64,000 nucleotides of DNA from Candidatus Bathyarchaeota archaeon (GTDB lineage: Archaea > Thermoproteota > Bathyarchaeia > Bathyarchaeales > Bathycorpusculaceae). The notes beneath the pieces are model-generated. The model did not search any database and was not told the origin of the DNA. It saw nothing but the letters and a program-made list of their open reading frames with translations. Below are positions 57,432 through 64,000 of this stretch, in pieces. The stretch's first letter is position 1. Every line of letters starts with the position of its first letter. Location: the NCBI GenBank assembly GCA_963782525.1, contig CAWAKC010000004.1:117528-181527 (forward strand), in the 5' to 3' direction. A program made the position numbers and the translations under genes.

Positions 57432-58617
57432 TAGCTGCTCGTCTCAGTTTTTCTCTTGCATCAGGCATAGCAGAAATCGTTCGCATCCAATCAGGTAACT
57501 GTGTACTTGTCGGATTTTCTAGATAGCGTTTTCCGGCACGTATTATAATATCCGATAAGGCATCAACGTTTGTTTCCTCTTCATGTCTGTCAAAATCTAG
57601 TGCGTTGCAGAGGGCATCAGCATAGTATTGTCTTATTCTATCTTGAGCAAATCGTCTATAAGTGACTTGAAGACTCAATAAAAATGCCTCTGACACATCT
57701 ATTCCTTCGGTTTCCGTCAAGGTTCTGAGCAAAGTAATTAAAGCATCATCAGCAGTTCTCAACAATGCATTGTTAATCATTTCTTTATGTTTGTGATCAT
57801 AAAAGCCAAGGTCAACTTCACAAATACGTTTGTTTGAAACATTTCTATAAAGTTCCGATAGAGTCCCAATTTCCAGACCCCAATCTCCTGGCATCCTCAA
57901 GTTCAAAGCTAAATCGCTGTAAATAGCAATTTCGCCCGAAAGAGGGTATCTAAAGGAATGCAGATACCTAATGAACGTCGAACTATGGTTGAGTTTTTTT
58001 TGCAGAGCATCCAACAAAGGATTAATGAACAGTCTGTATATTCGGCCATACATTTTTTTATTTTCAAGATTGACTCGAGCATAGTATCCTTTGGAAAAGA
58101 AAAAATCCATTTTTGGCTCAATTACAGTGTAGAGAAGTTTGGTAGGAAGCATCCCTGAGTAAGAAATAATATCAGCATCATGAACCGCGAAGGCATAGAG
58201 TTCAAGTGATGCGATTCCGATTGCAATCCAAAGATCTTTGCCCTTACCATTGGATTTTGTTACATCTAGGCCTTTCCCTTTTAACTCCTCTAGAATGGTT
58301 TTTACTTCAGGTTTGTTGCACCATATAATCTCGTAAGGAATTTCAAAATTGGAAAAAAGTCGAGTTGCTTTTTCATAATCATATTCGTCATTTGCGGAAA
58401 GGGCTATGAAGACTTTGCTCAAATAGTTGCATTCATTTAGTCCTTTGACAATATTTTTCAGCCCTGGACCCTCAAGGTCATTTCTGTGTAATGGAATTAT
58501 TACTCCTGAAGGATATTTTTTACTTAATTCGTTCATTCTTGACTGTAAAGTATTAATATTTATTGAAAAATCATGAATCCTTGTAATTCTTCCTTGTTCA
58601 AGGTCCACATAGTCCAC
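57421..58617 (-). CDS. gpgS: Glucosyl-3-phosphoglycerate synthase (Methanococcoides/Persephonella type)
   Basis: ITRIHDF, GKGKDLW, HDADI, KGYYARV, GRIYRLF..PL, FRYPLSGE, DWGLEIG, YDHKH. Confidence 0.85.
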   Translation of the reverse strand: MDYVDLEQGRITRIHDFSININTLQSRMNELSKKYPSGVIIPLHRNDLEGPGLKNIVKGLNECNYLSKVFIALSANDEYDYEKATRLFSNFEIPYEIIWCNKPEVKTILEELKGKGLDVTKSNGKGKDLWIAIGIASLELYAFAVHDADIISYSGMLPTKLLYTVIEPKMDFFFSKGYYARVNLENKKMYGRIYRLFINPLLDALQKKLNHSSTFIRYLHSFRYPLSGEIAIYSDLALNLRMPGDWGLEIGTLSELYRNVSNKRICEVDLGFYDHKHKEMINNALLRTADDALITLLRTLTETEGIDVSEAFLLSLQVTYRRFAQDRIRQYYADALCNALDFDRHEEETNVDALSDIIIRAGKRYLENPTSTQLPDWMRTISAMPDAREKLRRAAIEH

Positions 58618-58677
58618 ACTCGATTAATTTAGATAAGAAATGATAAATAAATATTTATAAGCATTTACCAATAATTA

Positions 58678-58958
58678 TTGATAAATGCTTATTTAAAAGA
58701 AGAAAAAATCGAGGTCTTGAAAAACGGTGAACTTTACGGAAACAATACAAAACCTTCTCCAAACAACCCCGGTTACAAGCGAAATGGAGGGATGAAACTC
58801 CGAGAAGATGGAAAGACACAAGAGCGATAATTCGCCCCCTGAGAATCATTTTCAAGAATGAAACAGAATCAAAAAAATTTTACGTGTATACAAAGAAACC
58901 TGATGCAGATATTTACGGCGGCGACAATGAGATCGTTCTTAAAATCCTCCAGAAATAA
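58678..58958 (+). pseudogene. Possible ~93-aa protein with a single frameshift
   Basis: TTG-INAYLKEEKIEVLKNGELY, then after a frame change near 58737 RKQYKTFSKQPRLQAKWRDE...GGDNEIVLKILQK*. Confidence 0.35.
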
Positions 58959-59058
58959 TTTGTCCACTCAGTGAATTACTCAATGGCTACACAAGGAACT
59001 CGCGATAAGTTAAAGTGTTTATTGCTCTGTTGGTGTGATTGATGATTGAGGACTGAGT

Positions 59059-59526
59059 ATGGCTCAAACAAGTGTAGTTTTGGAAATTGAGGATCCCCAT
59101 TTTACAATTAGGCTCACAGAGGACCTCCTCAAAATTGACTTGAAAGGAAGCTTCAAGAATGAAATCAACGAAGCGCTCGAAAATGAGCCTGTTCTCAAGG
59201 AAACGATTGGCAGGGTACTTGGCATATTTGTTCCGCTGCATATTCGAGTAAGCGATATAGATTCGGTGCATATAGATGAGATCGGAAAAATCAAAGTAGA
59301 ACTTACTCATCACCGCAGTATTGTAATTCCGCTTGAACGAAAGGAAGATTCCGAGAAACTCGTTGAAAAATTGAATCAATTGGTTTCAAAAGCTGAAACG
59401 GAGAAAATCCAAGAAATTAAAGTAAAGCGAAGAGTTGAAAAGGAAAAAAACCAAGTAAAACAATTGAGAAACAGAGCTAAAAGAAAACAGTATCGCAAGC
59501 GCTCGGATGCAGAACGAAGAGTATAA
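59059..59526 (+). CDS. Hypothetical protein with basic C-terminal tail
   Basis: 155-aa ATG ORF with protein-like composition. Confidence 0.7.
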   Translation: MAQTSVVLEIEDPHFTIRLTEDLLKIDLKGSFKNEINEALENEPVLKETIGRVLGIFVPLHIRVSDIDSVHIDEIGKIKVELTHHRSIVIPLERKEDSEKLVEKLNQLVSKAETEKIQEIKVKRRVEKEKNQVKQLRNRAKRKQYRKRSDAERRV

Positions 59527-59699
59527 AACCGGCTACTTTTATGTGGTCCACTTTTTCTTCAATAGAGCCTCACGTGATCGGGGTTTTGCCAAAGATTGCT
59601 TTTTCAAAAGCGCGCAGCTCAAACTTTTTTAATATCAAAATACCTTTACCCTTAATAGGGAAAGTACTTTTGCTCTTTGGACACAAAAATAACTCCAAA

Positions 59700-60011
59700 A
59701 TGGAATTCGAAGTAGACTTAGGCGATTTGCAAAACGAAAAGGAATACCTAACTAGCTTTCTGCAATTGCATCTCAAAGTTTCCGTTTCCCAAGTTGGGGC
59801 TAAGTTGAGGGTGGATTCAGAAACGGTGTCACTGCAGGAACTACAGCATATGGTGAACAAGTTTGTTTATCACCGAGATCTAAACCGCACTCATTGGGTC
59901 TCTGTTGAAGGCTCAACCGTAAAAATTAATAGGTTTAAGGTCGTCGAGAAAAAAGAGATACCTGAGAAAGAACCTCCGCACCAAACCGCTGCACAAAGCT
60001 GGGGACTATAA
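59700..60011 (+). CDS. Ribosomal protein eL22-like protein
   Basis: FLQLHLKV...LRVDSETVSLQELQHMVNKFVYHRDL...V...KINRF aligns by eye with eL22 FLQERIKV...ITVTSE..FSKRYLKYLTKKYL...L...V; start ATG 59700. Confidence 0.55.
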   Translation: MEFEVDLGDLQNEKEYLTSFLQLHLKVSVSQVGAKLRVDSETVSLQELQHMVNKFVYHRDLNRTHWVSVEGSTVKINRFKVVEKKEIPEKEPPHQTAAQSWGL

Positions 60012-60295
60012 AAAACAGTGTTAAACTCACATGTTTTTTGCAAGTTCTAATAGCAAAACAAGCCAGCGACTAAACCTTAATAATATCTTAGAGATATGCG
60101 AGGACTGGTAAATAGGTCCAGAAGTCATTGGTTTTCTCTTTTTAGATTAGGCTTTTAAGTTTTCTTTTTCTCCTATGGAACCAGCCTTCAAAATACCCCT
60201 AAAAACACCATTTATGTTACGCAGGTAACCACCCTGATTTTTATCAACTTCTTTAGATCCACCTCATTTTTAAGAGAAGAAAACGTATATTATTC

Positions 60296-60703
60296 ATGCA
60301 AACAGGTTATGTTTTTCTATGTAATAATGCTTCCATTACCAAGTGCATAAACAACAAAAGTTTTAGCTGCGCAGGTAAACAAATTAAAGTACCCCAAGAA
60401 TTAGAAGTAAACACGGTTATCTTCTTGCTCAATCATGAAACAAAAACACTTCTCGGTCCATTCACCGTTGTTCAAGGGCCCGAAAATTTGGAGAAGGGAA
60501 CATGGTACAGCAGTGTGGATGAGCATAGCTTTTCCGAAAACATTAATGTCGAATGGGAAAGACTGCATGAACTCAAAAATGCGTCCGACAAAGTACCTTT
60601 CTTAAAGGAGATAAACGAATGTGCCCTAACCGATCTCCAGACTCAGGAACTACTCTCAACATTAAAGAACGCTCCGTTATACATTGAATCAAAATCTGAG
60701 TAA
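60296..60703 (+). CDS. DCD (development and cell death)-like domain protein
   Basis: GYVFLCNN.S...C...F...IFLLN.ETK.L.GPF resembles DCD G(Y/F)IF.CN.....LFL(Y/F)N.....L.G.F. Confidence 0.55.
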   Translation: MQTGYVFLCNNASITKCINNKSFSCAGKQIKVPQELEVNTVIFLLNHETKTLLGPFTVVQGPENLEKGTWYSSVDEHSFSENINVEWERLHELKNASDKVPFLKEINECALTDLQTQELLSTLKNAPLYIESKSE

Positions 60704-60854
60704 GAAAAAAGAATGGTCTCTTCTAACAGAAACTTAATTTGGGAACAAACCAGTTTGCTAGAAGATTCATTATTAATGCGTGCTAACAAACGCGCGCTGG
60801 TATAGCAGGCTGTTTTGCGTTATGGAAAACCTTTTTTCGTTCACTTAGGGTATT

Positions 60855-61280
60855 ATGAAGATTATGCACACAGTTAAAGAGATAATGAAACCTGTTGTCA
60901 ATATTGGTCCGAATCAGACCGTCTTGGAAGCTGCTAACCTCATGAAGGTGTCTGATAGAGGCAGTTTGCTGATTGTTGATGGCGAAATTACCGTTGGCAT
61001 CATAACCGCGAGAGATCTAGTTTTAAGAGTCATCGCAGAAAACCTGCCTCACACTACTCCGGTTTCAGAGGTCATGTCCTCGCCTCTTATAACAATCAAC
61101 GCTAAGGTTACCCTGAAGAAAGCTGCCAAAATTATGGGCGAACATAGAATAAGACGGCTTCCAGTCACCGAGGGCGGCGGAGTGACAGGAATTCTAATTG
61201 CCTCTGACGTGTTGCGCCAATTGTCTAACAAGACTTTAGCAGAGGATATCTGGGACGCCCTTGTTGTAGAGCATCAGTAG
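60855..61280 (+). CDS. Tandem CBS domain protein
   Basis: VKEIMKP, GIITARDL, VSEVMSSP, IRRLPV. Confidence 0.93.
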   Translation: MKIMHTVKEIMKPVVNIGPNQTVLEAANLMKVSDRGSLLIVDGEITVGIITARDLVLRVIAENLPHTTPVSEVMSSPLITINAKVTLKKAAKIMGEHRIRRLPVTEGGGVTGILIASDVLRQLSNKTLAEDIWDALVVEHQ

Positions 61281-61596
61281 CAAGTTTCGTCATTTGCATG
61301 CGGTTGAGACCTGGCTTGCAGGGGGCTTGCGCTCCGCTCCCCTTCGAACTGGCGATCTTGTGTAACTATTTTATGCGCTGGTTGGCCATCAAACTCGCCT
61401 TCTCCTTTAGCTTATCGGGAGAGATGTTGCTTGTCGCGCAATGCAGCCACTTGGTCTAGCATCGTGAAAGGCAAAAATGCGAATGCCAATGGATAAAGAA
61501 ATTAAGGAAGTGTGAAGCAACAAGATATTGCGCCGTGTTTCTTTTCAGAAAAGCAAATAAAGAAAGAAAAACGTAACCATTAGGAGAAGGCCGCTT

Positions 61597-61803
61597 TTGA
61601 ACGCAAAAATAGGTTTGATAGTATCTTTAATTGTAACAGCCGTTATTGGCGTTTATGGCATAGAATTGGGTATTCGTGTGTCAACAGGCAATGAACGCCC
61701 CGAAATCCTGGCTGTAGTAATAATAATAATAGTATTATTGTTCTTTGTTAACTTGATATTATTGGCTAAGAATCAAAAAACGAATAAAGGGAAATTTTTT
61801 TGA
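61597..61803 (+). CDS. Small two-TM membrane protein
   Basis: 68 aa, two hydrophobic helices, TTG start. Confidence 0.5.
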   Translation: MNAKIGLIVSLIVTAVIGVYGIELGIRVSTGNERPEILAVVIIIIVLLFFVNLILLAKNQKTNKGKFF

Positions 61804-61854
61804 AGCGTATCTTAAGTAAGGATAAGAGAAGTTGTCCTGCTGCAAAAGAAAAAA

Positions 61855-63188
61855 TTAGTTTATTGTGCTGGGTTTTGTCTCTTGTTCTCCAAGTTCTTCA
61901 GCAGTGTAGTCTCTAATTATTCCATGTATGCCTTTGCTTATTATCCACATAAAGACATATGATAATGCAAAAACTGTACCAAGAACTACAGGTAAAGCCA
62001 ATAGTTGCAGCCCAAGTTGATGCAAGGCTTGCATGCCACCACCGAATAATAGACCATTTGGTAGACCAGAGCCCCCTCCAAAAGAAGCGAATGAATACTG
62101 TGCAAAGAAAGCCACCATAATAAAGCCAAATATGCCGCCCAGAAAGTGCCCGGAAAAAGACCAACTGGATCAGTAAACCATTTGGCTCTTTGAAATAATT
62201 TCTCACCTAGAAGGAATATAATTGAACCTAATATTCCAAGAATTACTGCGCTACCTGGACCAACGTAACCGGCAACGGGGGTGATTACGATTAAACCGAT
62301 GAGTATACCGTTTGCAGCATACATTATACTTGGCAGTTTCCTTTTCTCAAGAAACTTGAAAAACATAGTAAATAAGAAACCAGTTGAAGCAGCCAAGAAA
62401 GTGATCAATACCACAATGTAGGATTGGATATTTAGCGCTAATGTGCTTCCTGGGTTGAAACCAAACCAGCCAAGCCAAAGCAGAAGAATTGACAAAGATA
62501 ACCAAGGCGTGTTTGGCTTAGCCTGTATCTGCGGGCTTTCTCTGAATCCTTTCTTTTTTTCCTCTTGCCAGACTCTTAAAACGATTGCTAAACCTGCTGC
62601 TCCTGCAGCTCCATGAACAACCAATCCACCTGCAAAATCTCTTACACCCATAACAAAGAGCCAGCCTTGCGGATTCCAAATCCAAGCTGCTGGCAATGCC
62701 CAAATGAGAATAAAGTAGGGAATTGAAAAAAGAAAGAAGGCTTCCAGCTTCATTTTCTTCAAAACAATTACGCCAACCAACGCAAGTGTTACAGTCGCAA
62801 ATGCGGTTTCAAAGAAAAAATAAGATGGAAGAGTAACTAGATTGTTAAAATACTGTGGACCCATTGACCACCAAACTTGAGTGAAAATATCGGCGGAATT
62901 GCTCTGAAAACCTCCCATGAACGGGAAATTATAAAGTGGATTACCTATCAAGCCCCTGCCTATTGTCGGTGCAAAGGCAACGCTGAAACCAATTAATGCC
63001 ATGAAAAAAAAGCCTGAGCACGATATCATAATGTTCTTTAGTAATGCTCTATTGGAACTCCTTCCAAGTTCGCCTCTCTCAAGTATTCCAACTGAGATAG
63101 TCATGATGAAAACAAGGACCCCGCATATCAAAACCCAAAGATTATTGAAAAGATTTTCTGCAGGTAGAGCTGACATCTTGACATCCAT
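61855..63188 (-). pseudogene. amt: Ammonium transporter (Amt) with -1 frameshift near 62150
   Basis: DFAGGLVVHG and WLGWFGFNPGS; after DPVGLFPG, restoring one G in the G-run gives HFLGGIFGFIMVAFF..., continuing as the 61855-62118 ORF. Confidence 0.88.
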
Positions 63189-63207
63189 CCATAACGCTAT
63201 TTAGGCA

Positions 63208-63999
63208 CTAAAGTAGTACCAATGCAAAATGATGCATTAACTGCATAAGCACTGGAGCGCCGCTACTTGTTAAAATAGCTATTTGCGCTGGAGCTATTGA
63301 AGGAAAAACGTGTGCGCCCAATTCTATAAGCCAAGCAGTGAACACAAACGGACCTGTTAAGGTTGGCAGGTTGAAACGTCCTGTTATTGTTCCCATGAAT
63401 GCTGTCACTACTGTTGAGAAAGCCGTGGCGAAAAGCATGACTAAGAAATTAATTGGCGCTCCATTGAAGGGACTTATAGGCCAAAGGAACCCAACAAAGA
63501 CACCCATGACAGCCAAGGCTGTTAAGGTTCCGTTAAAACCGTACAGCCCAATTAGGACAGATGATCTGTCAGCTTTGAAAGCAATCGCGGCTAATGTTGC
63601 AGAAAGAGTGCCTATGAATGCTGTGATTCCAGCGAAGTATATTGGATATTGCACTGGGAACCCATATGGGTTTAATGGAATGGTGGCGACAGTTAGTCCG
63701 ATGAAAATTAAAACGCCTGTCTTCCAGTTTTCCTGGAAGAATACTTGAGCGATGCCTGTAAAGATCAATTTTACAAATCCGCTTGCTGTGAATTCACTTA
63801 ATCGCAATGGCTCTTTTTTCTCTGTGTCTTGAGGATTTTTGAGTAATTTGCTTCTTTGTTTTGGGGCAGGCGGAGGACCAGACAATTTCATGCCGGAAAA
63901 CTTTTTAGCTGCAAACAGGAAAATCCAGGTTGTTAATACAAACGCTGAAGTTTCCACAGGCAGACCAAACATTTTAGTGAACCAAATTAGCGAAGCAGT
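63208..63999 (-). CDS. Urea transporter (UT family), 5'-truncated by window edge
   Basis: FGLPVETSAFVLTTW, GIAQVFFQEN, GLYGFNG, LPTLTGPFVFTAW; frame stays open to the window end, so ATG 63972 is internal. Confidence 0.88.
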   Translation of the reverse strand, partial: TASLIWFTKMFGLPVETSAFVLTTWIFLFAAKKFSGMKLSGPPPAPKQRSKLLKNPQDTEKKEPLRLSEFTASGFVKLIFTGIAQVFFQENWKTGVLIFIGLTVATIPLNPYGFPVQYPIYFAGITAFIGTLSATLAAIAFKADRSSVLIGLYGFNGTLTALAVMGVFVGFLWPISPFNGAPINFLVMLFATAFSTVVTAFMGTITGRFNLPTLTGPFVFTAWLIELGAHVFPSIAPAQIAILTSSGAPVLMQLMHHFALVLL

Positions 64000-64000
64000 A

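Noticed and set aside
14008-60011. A single ribosome-dormancy system made of the CBS-HPF, EF-2 paralogue, aRF1-GGS and eL22-like genes
   Set aside because: Genes are 11-16 kb apart with unrelated genes between and no shared upstream motif seen; reported separately
61300-61490. Locally GC-richer tract with GGGGGCTTGCGCTCCGCTCCCC (possible ncRNA, MITE or IS605 end)
   Set aside because: Single copy in the window, no SRP, RNase P or group II intron motifs, no transposase
1-64000. CRISPR arrays, rRNA genes, intact transposases or integrases, selenocysteine/pyrrolysine readthrough
   Set aside because: No regularly spaced repeats or relevant motifs; the in-frame stops in GH15 are TAA and TAG in a truncated gene, not recoding contexts

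Overview
Archaeal chromosomal window, most consistent with Bathyarchaeia. This is inferred from gene content: EF-2 paralogue-like GTPase, eL22-like protein, HdrA-MvhD, methanopterin genes and BHB tRNA introns. No CRISPR array, rRNA gene or intact transposase/integrase is visible. Left part: pyrK/pyrD, a methanopterin-biosynthesis cluster, two radical SAM enzymes, a CBS-HPF protein and polyferredoxin-HdrA-MvhD. Around 20.8-24.8 kb is the most unusual locus. It has an intron-containing tRNA-Trp(CCA) and, facing away from it, a 5'-truncated two-intron tRNA-like paralogue. The paralogue's first intron keeps a K-turn and a CUGA-linked 10-nt guide exactly complementary to pre-tRNA-Trp. Orphan 5' and 3' tRNA fragments resemble att repeats. 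Middle: EF-2-like GTPase with altered switch I, P-type ATPase, SGNH + AT3 acyltransferase + GT-C cluster, tyrS, and an aRF1 paralogue with GGQ changed to GGS. Right part (about 48-64 kb) looks AT-richer and partly decayed. It carries one-step and two-step glucosylglycerate synthesis genes, eL22-like and DCD-like proteins, a frameshifted Amt and a urea transporter. All calls come from motif recognition by eye; no searches were run.
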